NCBI GenBank assembly: GCA_014323865.1 | Contig: JACONG010000004.1 | Span: forward strand, 27,325-91,324 | Length of the DNA stretch: 64,000 nt | Direction of reading: 5' to 3' | Source: Rhodospirillales bacterium | GTDB lineage: Bacteria; Pseudomonadota; Alphaproteobacteria; SP197 | In this document: piece by piece, positions 46,201 to 54,399 of the stretch | Numbering within the stretch: the first letter of the stretch is position 1 | Layout: every line of letters starts with the position of its first letter | Translations under genes and position numbers: made by a program | The notes under the pieces: model-generated | Database searches by the model: none | What the model was told of the DNA's origin: nothing | What the model saw: the letters and a program-made list of their open reading frames with translations, nothing else

Positions 46201-46810
46201 GCTTTATGCCGCGGGCTACAGGCAGCTTGAGGACCGCTACAAGGTCGGGGAGATCGAGGCCGCATCCGACACGACGATCTGGGCCTGCGACGAGGCACCC
46301 GGCTTCACGCCGGGCCGTCCGGGCGACCATGCCATCGTCGCCAACATCGTCGAGGCCCTTGTGGCCTATCAGGAGGGCCGGCTGGGCGACAGGACGATCG
46401 ACCTCCCGGACGTCGACCGTATCGTCTGCATCGGCTCCGACAGGATGATGGCCGCGGTGAAGTCAGCCCGCTTCGGCGTTCTGAAACCCTGGCTCAAGCC
46501 CGACCACATCGCGATCGGCTCCATCAACAGCCCCATGCAGTGCATGATGAAGGAGATTTGCGCCCAGTGCCTGCAGCCCCGGGTCGACCCCGGGACCGGC
46601 GAACGCCGGCCCCCGGTCTTCTCCTGCTTCAACCAGGATCAGGCGATGGACAAGGTCGACTTCGGCGGGTTGGGCGACCGGCTGGCGCAGAACGGCGTGC
46701 AGGAAAAACTTGCCGCGCTCTGGATCGACCGCACCCTGCGCGGCCTGGCCCTGCGCGACGCCGCGAAGGACGGTGCCTGCGGCGCGAACGGGCTCAGCCA
46801 GAAAAAATGA
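43292..46810 (+). CDS. Large multidomain FAD/NAD(P)H oxidoreductase: GltD-like (glutamate synthase small-subunit-type) region fused to a PyrK/ferredoxin-NADP-reductase-like domain with C-terminal Cys cluster
   Basis: ORF 43232..46810. Cys-rich YCIFCHNQGKDSCSKG; dinucleotide-binding VLVVGTGPAGFNLSHHL... and a second VVIGGGLTAIDTA...; C-terminal FNR-like FRPGQFYRL...VLLIGGGLGNAV... ending in CMMKEICAQC. The start is uncertain (43232 or 43292). Confidence 0.6.
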   Translation: MTELSLAHGLAFDDLYDRDGLVRLDRLFVDALRDRDTALFNRLMTGRADPTALDDRDHSDLLTELGPFVEDFVAGLFGVTAEVAGHRAERDRLDPIYKCKLIFVRRRAARAFRPDELAAADGTALRREVESLIGGTLNELSFARAVMAWLEDEEANADRLDSAARFAAWATLTAAGQERYRKSPLFHLPGKVDPANLVALDTVVIDGVTMLRAHDEHLRLREGFGLTDNGMDLERALDHANYCIFCHNQGKDSCSKGLREKDGNAFRVSAHGVTLAGCPLDEKIGEMNMLKAQGHGLAALAVAMVDNPLCAATGHRICNDCMKACIYQRQDPVDIPQIETRTLKDILALPWGFEIYSLLSRWNPLNLDRPLPRPATGRRVLVVGTGPAGFNLSHHLINDGHTVVAVDGLRIEPLDPGISGIDIMGQRQAFAPIRDVEALYEALDDRVMAGFGGVAEYGITVRWDKNFLKLIRLQIERRRSFRMYGGVRFGGTLTIEDAFGYGFDHIAHCAGAGRPTCIDMPNALARGVRMASDFLMALQLTGAARAVSVANLQLRLPAVVIGGGLTAIDTATEALAYYPVQVEKFLSRYETLSAEIGEDAVRAGWNAEETEIGDTFLEHARALRVERTAARNGNREPRILDLLDGWGGVTMAYRRDLVDAPSYRLNHEEVALAMEEGIRIAPGLSPVAIDTDTRGHTEAIRMTDGAGAEHVLPARAVLVAAGTQPNTVLAREDPDRLGLDGRFFQALDLDGNPVSPERLAKPVDTHVLMHRAADGRAVSFHGDLHPSFAGNVVKAMGGTRRAYPVISQVLRRLGPHDAVSDDSFFNRLDGRLLATVVAVERLTPTIVEVVIEAPAAARAFRPGQFYRLQNHERFAPRGADGTLLSMEPLAMTGAAIPVEGAQVSVIGLEMGGSSDLMAHLHPGEPVILMGPTGTPTVIPSDETVLLIGGGLGNAVLFSIGKAMREAGSRVLYAAGYRQLEDRYKVGEIEAASDTTIWACDEAPGFTPGRPGDHAIVANIVEALVAYQEGRLGDRTIDLPDVDRIVCIGSDRMMAAVKSARFGVLKPWLKPDHIAIGSINSPMQCMMKEICAQCLQPRVDPGTGERRPPVFSCFNQDQAMDKVDFGGLGDRLAQNGVQEKLAALWIDRTLRGLALRDAAKDGACGANGLSQKK

Positions 46811-46891
46811 GCGCTGCAGAGAATATGGCTTGACACCCGCGCCTCGATTGGCCATACGCCCCAGTGTCAAAAACCCAGCGGGGGGTTAACC

Positions 46892-48967
46892 ATGAACAAG
46901 TTGTCAAGCGTTGTTGCAAGTGTGCTCCTGATTGCAGGTGTTTCCGCCTGGGCTCAGGAGAGTACGACCGATCCCGCACCGCGCGTTGAAATCCAGCACG
47001 GTGCAGATGGTCGGGCAGCTACTCGGGAAACCGGTCGGAATGTAACCATCACCTCGCCCGTATATCGTCAGCAAGTCACCAACTTCGGCAGGATCGATAC
47101 CGCCGTCGGTGCTGGCACTCTCGCAGCCCCGCAGGATCTCTCGGCCATGAGAGGCAGCATGACGGGATACGTGAGGATGAACTGGCACGCGGGCGGATTC
47201 GTCGCCGCCGATCGCGATATCATTGGCCATCTTCTGGTCGATGCCGATTTCAGTGCCGGTACGGTCACGACGTTTGCCGGCAATTTTCGTCAGTTCCGAC
47301 GTTCCGGCGATCAGCCTGTGATCGGTGGCTGGAATGACCGTGGCAGGATTTACGGCACCCTTTCGGGTGGCGGAACCATCTCCCGAACGACAATTGCAAG
47401 CAAGCTGCAAGGTATTCTCGATGACGGTGGAGACAGGAACGTCGTCGTCAATGTCGGCATGTCAGGTCAGGTTTACGACAACGACGGTGCAACCCTGGTG
47501 CACGGGGACGTTACGGGACAGTATGACTTAACCAAACGTAACCGCCGCACAGGGGATAGCCGTGGCCCTGGACGGTACATAGAAAACGTGAGCGGTGAGT
47601 TTTTCGCCACCGCGAAGAGAAACGGTCGCGGGCCCGGTCTGGCCCTCGTCGCCGACAGGGGACCTAGGGTAAAGGCAACCATCGACCTGAGCAGGGACAG
47701 GTATCTCAGGCAAATCGGTAACTTCGCTTTGATCGATGCCGCCGTCGAATCTGGCCGTCTTGAAGCCCCGAGGTCTCTCCCGGCCGGGAGGGGCATCCTG
47801 ACGGGTTATATGAGGACGGACTACTTTGCATCGTCGGAAGACGACATCTTGCCTGCCACCAGAAACTATCTCGTTGGCCGTCTCCTGGTGGGCGCCAATT
47901 TCGATGACGGTACGGTCAGGACATTTGCGGGCAATTTCCGCGAGTTTGTCGCCGGCAACCCCAGGGATCAACTGACCAGCCTGGACATTTCCCAAAGTGG
48001 TCTCGACACCAATTCTGACCACTGGCAGCAATACGTTTGGTCGGGCAGAGGTGAGGCGAAGAATGGCTGGAACGGTCGTGGCAGGATCTACGGGACCCTT
48101 TCCGGTGATGGAACCATCACTGCAACCGGGATTGCCAGCACCCTGGATGGCAAACTCAGTGACGGCAGAGTTGGTGACATAACCGTCGATGCCAACATGG
48201 CAGGCGGGGTTTACAGCAACGGCAACAAAATCCTGGTGCACGGAGATGTTACAGGAACCTACACGCCTGCGACCGAGAACAGCCTTAGAGGCAAAAAGAA
48301 GGCCTCAGGCAGAACAAACGTCAGGATCGCCAATGGAGCAGCGCCAGCACCTCTCACTCTCGGTGATGGCGACGGTGAGTTTTTCGCCATCCAGAATTAC
48401 GACGTACTGCGGATTCTGAACGGTCTCAAAATCCCGTCCGGTACAGGTTCGACAATCAGGCCGCTCGCACATATCCGGCAAATCGACAATATGGGTTTCA
48501 TCGATGCCGCTGTCGAGCATGGCCATCTTGAAGTCCCGGTTGCTCTCCCGGAGGGGGAAGGCACATTGACGGGATATGTCAAGGCTGACAATGCTTTCTC
48601 GGATCGCCGTGTCATTGGCAATCTCACGATCGATGCCGATTTCGGTGCAGGTACGGTCACGACATCTGCCCAGAATTTCCGCGACCCTCGCGGCGACGTG
48701 TCGGGAGGATTTCTTACGGGTACCGGAACGATCACGGCAACCGAGATCAACAGCGGCCTGAATGGTAAGATCTTCCTCGGGGCGTTGGGAGACCCCGACC
48801 GGAGGTCTACTACAGTCGACGGGACCATGGCAGGTAACGTGTACGATCACGCCGGGTCGTTGCTGGTACACGGAGACCTGACAGGAAACTTCAGGGAGGG
48901 CCCACGTCGCGGCCCTGATATCGAAGGCGGGGCGTTCTACGCTATCCAGAACGATCCCCAGAACTGA
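46892..48967 (+). CDS. Secreted protein with three tandem roughly 200-aa repeats resembling TbpB/fHbp-type 8-stranded lipoprotein beta-barrel domains
   Basis: Sec signal MNKLSSVVASVLLIAGVSAWAQ. Each repeat contains LTGY(V/M)..., IG(H/R/N)L(L/T)(V/I)DADF.AGTV(T/R)T(F/S)A.NFR, GRGRIYGTLSG.GTI, LVHGD(V/L)TG and a closing GEFFA / GEFFA / GAFYA block. The gene is visibly lower in GC than its flanks. Confidence 0.55.
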   Translation: MNKLSSVVASVLLIAGVSAWAQESTTDPAPRVEIQHGADGRAATRETGRNVTITSPVYRQQVTNFGRIDTAVGAGTLAAPQDLSAMRGSMTGYVRMNWHAGGFVAADRDIIGHLLVDADFSAGTVTTFAGNFRQFRRSGDQPVIGGWNDRGRIYGTLSGGGTISRTTIASKLQGILDDGGDRNVVVNVGMSGQVYDNDGATLVHGDVTGQYDLTKRNRRTGDSRGPGRYIENVSGEFFATAKRNGRGPGLALVADRGPRVKATIDLSRDRYLRQIGNFALIDAAVESGRLEAPRSLPAGRGILTGYMRTDYFASSEDDILPATRNYLVGRLLVGANFDDGTVRTFAGNFREFVAGNPRDQLTSLDISQSGLDTNSDHWQQYVWSGRGEAKNGWNGRGRIYGTLSGDGTITATGIASTLDGKLSDGRVGDITVDANMAGGVYSNGNKILVHGDVTGTYTPATENSLRGKKKASGRTNVRIANGAAPAPLTLGDGDGEFFAIQNYDVLRILNGLKIPSGTGSTIRPLAHIRQIDNMGFIDAAVEHGHLEVPVALPEGEGTLTGYVKADNAFSDRRVIGNLTIDADFGAGTVTTSAQNFRDPRGDVSGGFLTGTGTITATEINSGLNGKIFLGALGDPDRRSTTVDGTMAGNVYDHAGSLLVHGDLTGNFREGPRRGPDIEGGAFYAIQNDPQN

Positions 48968-48981
48968 AGTGCGTTAAGGAC

Positions 48982-49020
48982 GATTTCAGGCGGCATGGCC
49001 GCCTGAAATCCTCTGTGTCT
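48982..49020 (+). terminator. Rho-independent terminator candidate after the repeat-protein gene
   Basis: Perfect 13-bp stem gatttcaggcggc / gccgcctgaaatc with a 3-nt loop, then ctctgtgtct. A second perfect 13-bp hairpin lies at 49057-49094 (gcacccggctggaa / ttccagccgggtgc). Confidence 0.5.
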
Positions 49021-49042
49021 CCCGATTCTGTGTCTCCCGATG
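49013..49042. repeat. 15-bp tandem repeat tctgtgtctcccgat x2
   Basis: Read directly from the sequence. Confidence 0.9.
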
Positions 49043-49099
49043 CAGAGCGGATTGCCGCACCCGGCTGGAATCCCATCAGGTTCCAGCCGGGTGCAGTCC

Positions 49100-49147
49100 G
49101 TTCTGGCCCCCCGATGTTCTGGCCCCCCGATGTTCTGGCCCCCCAAT
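49100..49147. repeat. 16-bp tandem repeat gttctggccccccgat x3 (third copy has one mismatch)
   Basis: Read directly from the sequence. Confidence 0.9.
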
Positions 49148-49417
49148 GTCCTAGTCTGACAGGGATCGCAGAGGCAGGCCGCTGCTGCCCGCGCGCCGCG
49201 ACGCCCGATGAAAAGACGCCTGACGACAAGCCGCCCGTCAGGGAGCCGACTCCCTGTTCGCTTGTAACCGGTGACATGTCGCAATGCTGTGGGTGGTCAC
49301 AAACGTGACGTCTGGATCCAGGTGGATGCGCAGGCTTTTGACATTGTTCCCTCCCCGGAAGCAGCCCGGTCGCATCCGGCGACCGCTGGCATGGCACGCG
49401 AGGGCAGGGGAAGAGTC

Positions 49418-50485
49418 ATGACGAATTCGCTTGCATCGGGATGGACGCGCCGCGGGGCGCTGGCCCTGGCTGCCGGCAGCATGGCTGCGGGCCTGCCGTG
49501 GCCTGCCCGATCCCAGGACATGACCTTCTTCCGTATTGCCACGGGCGGAACCGCCGGCACCTACTATCCCGTCGGCGCGCTGATCGCGAATGTCATCTCC
49601 AACCCGCCGGGCTCGCGCGCTTGCGAGGACGGCGGCAGTTGCGGCGTACCGGGTCTGGTGGCCACCGCACAGTCGTCCGAGGGGTCGGTCGCCAACATCG
49701 AAGCGATCGTATCCGGTCAGGTCGAATCGGGCTTCTGCCAGTCCGATGTCGTGTTCTGGGTCTACAACGGCACCGGCATCTTCGAGGGTGCCGCACCGAA
49801 GCGGAACCTGCGACTGATCGGCAGTCTCTATCCCGAGGTTGTCCAGATCGTCGTGCGCCACGATTCCGGCATCCGGTCGATCCCGGATATGGCCGGCAGG
49901 CGTATCTCGCTCGGTGCCGAGGGCTCGGGAACGCTGGTCGACGCGCGCATCATCCTCGACTACTTCGGGCTCTCCGACAGCGATATCGGGGCGGAGTACG
50001 TCAAGCACGGTCCCTCGGTGACCATGCTGCGCGAGGGCGACCTCGACGGCTTCTTCGTGATCGCGGGTTATCCCACCAATTCGGTGTTCGATCTCGTCCA
50101 GGACGGGATCGCCGAGGTCCTGCCGATCCCGTCCGGGGACGCCCTGCAGATCCTGATCGGCCATCCGTTCTTTTCGCTCTCGGCGATTCCGGAGGGCACC
50201 TATCCCGGCCAGGGTCACGCTTCGACACTGGCGATCGGCGCGCAGTGGATCGTCTCGCCCGATGTGCCCGACGATCTGGTCTATGGCATCGCGGCCGCAC
50301 TGTGGCACGGGAACAGCCGGGCCCTGCTCGATTCCGGTCATCCCGCGGCCCGCCAGCTCAAGCTGGAAAATGCCCTGCTCGGCGCTTCGATCCCGCTCCA
50401 TCCCGGGGCGCGTGCGTACTACGAAGAGGCCGGCCTCGATCTTGCGGACGTGCCGCTGCCGGTCGAAGGCGACGACATCGCCTGA
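49418..50485 (+). CDS. TAXI-family TRAP transporter solute-binding protein
   Basis: Tat/Sec-like signal (TRRGALALAAGSMAAGL), then FRIATGGTAGTYYPVGALIANVI, a TAXI hallmark. No fused permease gene follows in this window. Confidence 0.7.
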   Translation: MTNSLASGWTRRGALALAAGSMAAGLPWPARSQDMTFFRIATGGTAGTYYPVGALIANVISNPPGSRACEDGGSCGVPGLVATAQSSEGSVANIEAIVSGQVESGFCQSDVVFWVYNGTGIFEGAAPKRNLRLIGSLYPEVVQIVVRHDSGIRSIPDMAGRRISLGAEGSGTLVDARIILDYFGLSDSDIGAEYVKHGPSVTMLREGDLDGFFVIAGYPTNSVFDLVQDGIAEVLPIPSGDALQILIGHPFFSLSAIPEGTYPGQGHASTLAIGAQWIVSPDVPDDLVYGIAAALWHGNSRALLDSGHPAARQLKLENALLGASIPLHPGARAYYEEAGLDLADVPLPVEGDDIA

Positions 50486-50599
50486 CACCTGAATTCTCTC
50501 GCCCGCCCGGCACCGTCGCGCGCTTCGGACCGGGGACACCGACACCTGCGCGACGCCCTTCGCCCACGTCTTCGCTCACGTCTTCGCCCGGATCTTCGC

Positions 50600-52219
50600 T
50601 CAGGTCGCGCTCGAGGCCGACCACAACGGGTGCGCATTTGCCGCGGCCATCAGGGTCTTCGTGTAGTCGGTCTGCGGTGCGTCGAAAATGGCGTCACTGG
50701 TGCCGCTCTCGACGACCTTGCCGTCCTTCATGACCATCACGTGGTGGCTCATGGCGCGGACCACGCGCAGGTCGTGGCTGATGAAGAGATAGGCGAGATC
50801 GTGATCCTTCTGGAGCTGGCGCAGCAACGCGACGATCTGGGCCTGCACCGACATGTCGAGCGCACTGGTCGGCTCGTCGAGCACGACGAAACGGGGGCGC
50901 AGCACCATGGCGCGGGCAATGGCGATGCGCTGGCGCTGACCGCCGGAGAACTCGTGCGGATAGCGGTCCATCATGGCGGGTTCCAGCCCGACCTCCTCCA
51001 TCGCTTCGCCCACCAGTGTCCGGCGCCCGGCGTCGTTCCCGCCCATGCCGTGAACCCTCAGCCCTTCGCCGACGATATCCCTGATCGCCATGCGCGGGCT
51101 GAGCGAGCCATAGGGATCCTGGAAGACGACCTGGAGTTCCCGTCGCAGGGGGCGCAGATCGCTGAAATCGAGACCCTGCAGCGGCCGGCCGTCGAACGCG
51201 ATACCCCCGTCGCTCGAAATCAGGCGCAGAATCGCCATGCCGAGCGTTGTCTTGCCGGAGCCCGACTCGCCGACGACGCCGACGGTCTCGCGCGGGCGCA
51301 CGGAGAGGTCGATGCCATCGACCGCCTTCACATGGCCCTGCGTGTGACGCAGCACGCCGCGCCGGATCGGGAACCAGACCCTGAGATCGTCGGTTTCGAC
51401 CAGCGTGCCGCTTCCTTCGGGCACGGGATCGGGCCTGCCGCGTGGCTCCGAGGCGATCAGGTGTCTGGTGTATTCATGCCGCGGGTTTTCGAAGACGGTC
51501 GCGACATCGCCCTGCTCGACAATGAGCCCGTCGTTCATCACGCACACCCGGTCGGCGAAGCGCTGCACGATCGTGAGGTTGTGGGTGATGAAGAGGATCG
51601 CCATGCCCATGCGTGCCTGGAGCGCCTTCAGGAGTTTCAGGATCTGGGCCTGCACGGTGACATCGAGTGCGGTGGTCGGCTCGTCCGCGATCAGCAGATC
51701 GGGTTCGTTGGCGAGCGCCATGGCGATCATCACACGCTGACGCTGGCCGCCCGAGAGTGTGTGCGGATAGTCGCGCAGGCGGTGCCTGAGATTGCCCAGG
51801 CCAACGAGCTCCAGCAGTTCACGCACCCGCTGCCGTGCCTGACCGCGCGCCATGCTCTTGTGCAGGATGAGCGACTCGGCGATCTGCCTCTCGATGCTGT
51901 GGAGCGGATTGAGCGAGGTCATCGGCTCCTGGAAGATCATCGAGACCCGGTTGCCGCGCACGCTGCGCAGCGTCTTCTCGTCCGCACCGATCATCTCATG
52001 GCCGTCGAACGCGATGGACCCCCTCGGGTGGCTTGCCATCGGCTGCGGCAGGAGCTGGAGCACCGAAAGCGCGATTGCCGATTTGCCGGACCCGGACTCA
52101 CCGACGAGCGCCAGCGTCTCGCCTCTTTCGATTCCGAAGCTGACGCCACGCACCGCATCCAGGTGGCGGCCTTCGACGGTGAAGCGAATGGCGAGATCGT
52201 TGACCTCGAGCAGGGTCAT
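50600..52219 (-). CDS. yejF: ABC transporter ATP-binding protein with duplicated ATPase domains (YejF-like)
   Basis: Two Walker A motifs (GESGSGKS x2), two LSGGQRQR signatures and two Walker B motifs. The start MTLLEVNDL overlaps the permease stop (ATGA). Confidence 0.8.
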   Translation of the reverse strand: MTLLEVNDLAIRFTVEGRHLDAVRGVSFGIERGETLALVGESGSGKSAIALSVLQLLPQPMASHPRGSIAFDGHEMIGADEKTLRSVRGNRVSMIFQEPMTSLNPLHSIERQIAESLILHKSMARGQARQRVRELLELVGLGNLRHRLRDYPHTLSGGQRQRVMIAMALANEPDLLIADEPTTALDVTVQAQILKLLKALQARMGMAILFITHNLTIVQRFADRVCVMNDGLIVEQGDVATVFENPRHEYTRHLIASEPRGRPDPVPEGSGTLVETDDLRVWFPIRRGVLRHTQGHVKAVDGIDLSVRPRETVGVVGESGSGKTTLGMAILRLISSDGGIAFDGRPLQGLDFSDLRPLRRELQVVFQDPYGSLSPRMAIRDIVGEGLRVHGMGGNDAGRRTLVGEAMEEVGLEPAMMDRYPHEFSGGQRQRIAIARAMVLRPRFVVLDEPTSALDMSVQAQIVALLRQLQKDHDLAYLFISHDLRVVRAMSHHVMVMKDGKVVESGTSDAIFDAPQTDYTKTLMAAANAHPLWSASSAT

Positions 52220-53256
52220 GATGGCATCTTCCTCGGATCGAAAGCGTCGCGCACCGCCTCGCCGATGAAGGTCAGCAGCGAAAGCATCGCGGCCAGAACG
52301 ACAAAGGCCGAAAGGCCGAGCCAGGGCGCCTGGAGATTGTTGCGGCCCTGGTTCAGCAACTCGCCCAGCGACGGCGATCCCGGAGGCATGCCGAGTCCGA
52401 GAAAATCGAGGCCGGTGAGGGTCGTGACGGAGCCGTTGAGGATGAAGGGCAGGAACGTCAGCGTGGAGACCATGGCGTTCGGCAGGACATGACGCACCAT
52501 GATGACACGATCGGTGACGCCGAGCGCGCGGGCGGCCCGGACGTAATCGAAGTTGCGTGTGCGCAGGAACTCCGCACGCACCAGCCCGACCAGTGCGGTC
52601 CATGAGAACAGCACCATCAGGCCCAGAAGCGTCCAGAAGCTCGGTACGATCACGCTGGCGAGGATGATCAGGATGTAGAGCACCGGAATGCCGCTCCAGA
52701 CCTCGAGCGCGCGCTGTGCCAGAAGATCGATCCAGCCGCCATAATAGCCCTGTACGGCACCCGCGGCGATGCCGATGACCGATGCGCAGAAGGTCAGGGC
52801 GAGGCCGAACAGCACCGAGATGCGGAAGCCGTAGATCAGCCGGGCCAGCACATCGCGGCCCTGATCGTCGGTGCCGAGCCAGTTGTCGGCCGACGGCGGT
52901 GACGGCGCGGGTGTCGGCAGATCGTAGTTGATGGTCTGGTAGCTGAACGGGATCGGCGGCCAGACGATCCAGCCGTCTTTCCCGGCGATGAGCTCCTGAA
53001 CGAAGGGGTCGCGATAGTCGGCTTCGGTCTCGAAGTCGCCGTCGAACGCGGTCTCCGGATAGGCGACGAACACCGGGATATGGGGCGCGCCGTCGTACCA
53101 GACGAAGAGCGGCTTGTCGTTGGCGATGATCTCGGCCGGCAGGGTCAGGGCGAACAGGGCGACGAAGACCCGGAACGACCAGTAGCCCCGCCGGTTGCCC
53201 CGGAAGTTGGTCAACCGCCGCCGGTTCATCGGGTCGAGAGTGCGCAACAGGGCCAT
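52216..53256 (-). CDS. yejE: ABC transporter permease (YejE-like, BPD_transp_1 family)
   Basis: 346 aa; six TM segments plus a long periplasmic N-loop typical of YejE/OppC-like permeases. Confidence 0.75.
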   Translation of the reverse strand: MALLRTLDPMNRRRLTNFRGNRRGYWSFRVFVALFALTLPAEIIANDKPLFVWYDGAPHIPVFVAYPETAFDGDFETEADYRDPFVQELIAGKDGWIVWPPIPFSYQTINYDLPTPAPSPPSADNWLGTDDQGRDVLARLIYGFRISVLFGLALTFCASVIGIAAGAVQGYYGGWIDLLAQRALEVWSGIPVLYILIILASVIVPSFWTLLGLMVLFSWTALVGLVRAEFLRTRNFDYVRAARALGVTDRVIMVRHVLPNAMVSTLTFLPFILNGSVTTLTGLDFLGLGMPPGSPSLGELLNQGRNNLQAPWLGLSAFVVLAAMLSLLTFIGEAVRDAFDPRKMPS

Positions 53257-54362
53257 CAGCCGACGTTCCGGCTCTCGAAATCGATCCGCGGATCGACGAC
53301 GACATACATGAGGTCCCCGATGAGGTTCATCAGCAGCCCCAGCAGGGTGAAGACGTAGAGGGTCGCGAACATCACCGGGTAGTCGCGATTGATCGCGGCC
53401 TCGTAGCCCAGCAGCCCCAGGCCATCGAGCGAGAAGATGATCTCGATGAACAGGGCACCGGTGAACAGGATGCCGACGATAGCACCCGGGAAACCGGCGA
53501 TGATGATCAGCATCCCGTTGCGGAAAATGTGGCCGTAGAGCACGCGACGCCCGGTCAGACCCTTGGCGCGGGCGGTGACGACATACTGGCTGCGGATCTG
53601 ATCGAGGAAGGAGTTCTTCGTCAGCATCGTCAGCGTCGCGAAGCCGCCGATTGCCAGCGCCGTCAGGGGCAGTGCCAGGTGCCAGAAGTAGTCACCGATC
53701 TGCTGCCACGTCGTCATGTCGTCGAAGCCCGGTGACGTCAGGCCGCGCAGCGGGAAGATTTTCCAGTAGGAGCCGCCGGCGAACAGCACGACCAGAAGGA
53801 TCGCGAACAGGAAGCCGGGAATGGCGTAGCCCAGGACGATGGCACCGCTGGTCCAGACATCGAACCGGCTGCCGTCCCTTTGCGCCTTGGCGATGCCGAG
53901 CGGGATCGAGACAAGATAGACGATCAGCGTGGTCCAGAGCCCGAGCGATATCGAGACCGGCAGCTTGTCGATCACGAGATCGACCACGGCCTGATCCCGA
54001 AAGGCGCTGTCGCCGAAGTCGAGGGAGAGATAGTTTCCCATCATGAGCAGGAACCGTTCGACCGGCGGCTTGTCGAGGCCGTACATCCGTTCGAGTTCTT
54101 CGACGAACCCGTCGGGCAGGCCCTGCGCGCCGCGATAGAGGCTGCGGCCCTCGCCGCTGGTGTTCGAACCGGAACGGGACGCGAGCTCGGACGTGCTGCC
54201 GCTGACCCGCGCTGTCGCCCCGACATCAGCACCCTGCATCTGCGCCATGATCCGTTCGACCGGACCGCCCGGCACGAACTGGACGATCGCGAAGTTGATC
54301 GTCATGATCGCGAACAGCGTCGGCACGATGAACAGCAGTCGACGGACGATATAGGCGAGCAT
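53256..54362 (-). CDS. yejB: ABC transporter permease (YejB-like)
   Basis: Starts at MLAYIVRRLLFIVPTLFAIMTINFAIVQ, a typical OppB/YejB N-terminus. Contains an EAA-loop-like segment. Confidence 0.75.
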   Translation of the reverse strand: MLAYIVRRLLFIVPTLFAIMTINFAIVQFVPGGPVERIMAQMQGADVGATARVSGSTSELASRSGSNTSGEGRSLYRGAQGLPDGFVEELERMYGLDKPPVERFLLMMGNYLSLDFGDSAFRDQAVVDLVIDKLPVSISLGLWTTLIVYLVSIPLGIAKAQRDGSRFDVWTSGAIVLGYAIPGFLFAILLVVLFAGGSYWKIFPLRGLTSPGFDDMTTWQQIGDYFWHLALPLTALAIGGFATLTMLTKNSFLDQIRSQYVVTARAKGLTGRRVLYGHIFRNGMLIIIAGFPGAIVGILFTGALFIEIIFSLDGLGLLGYEAAINRDYPVMFATLYVFTLLGLLMNLIGDLMYVVVDPRIDFESRNVG

Positions 54363-54399
54363 GATCGAAGAACTCCGGCGCGTATGACGACGAGCCGCT

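Noticed and set aside
49015-49308. ORF 49015..49308 (97 aa) in the hairpin and tandem-repeat region after the beta-barrel repeat protein gene
   Set aside because: Its frame is created by the tandem repeats and hairpins. It is low complexity (Pro/Cys-rich) with no start context. It is better explained as a structured intergenic region.
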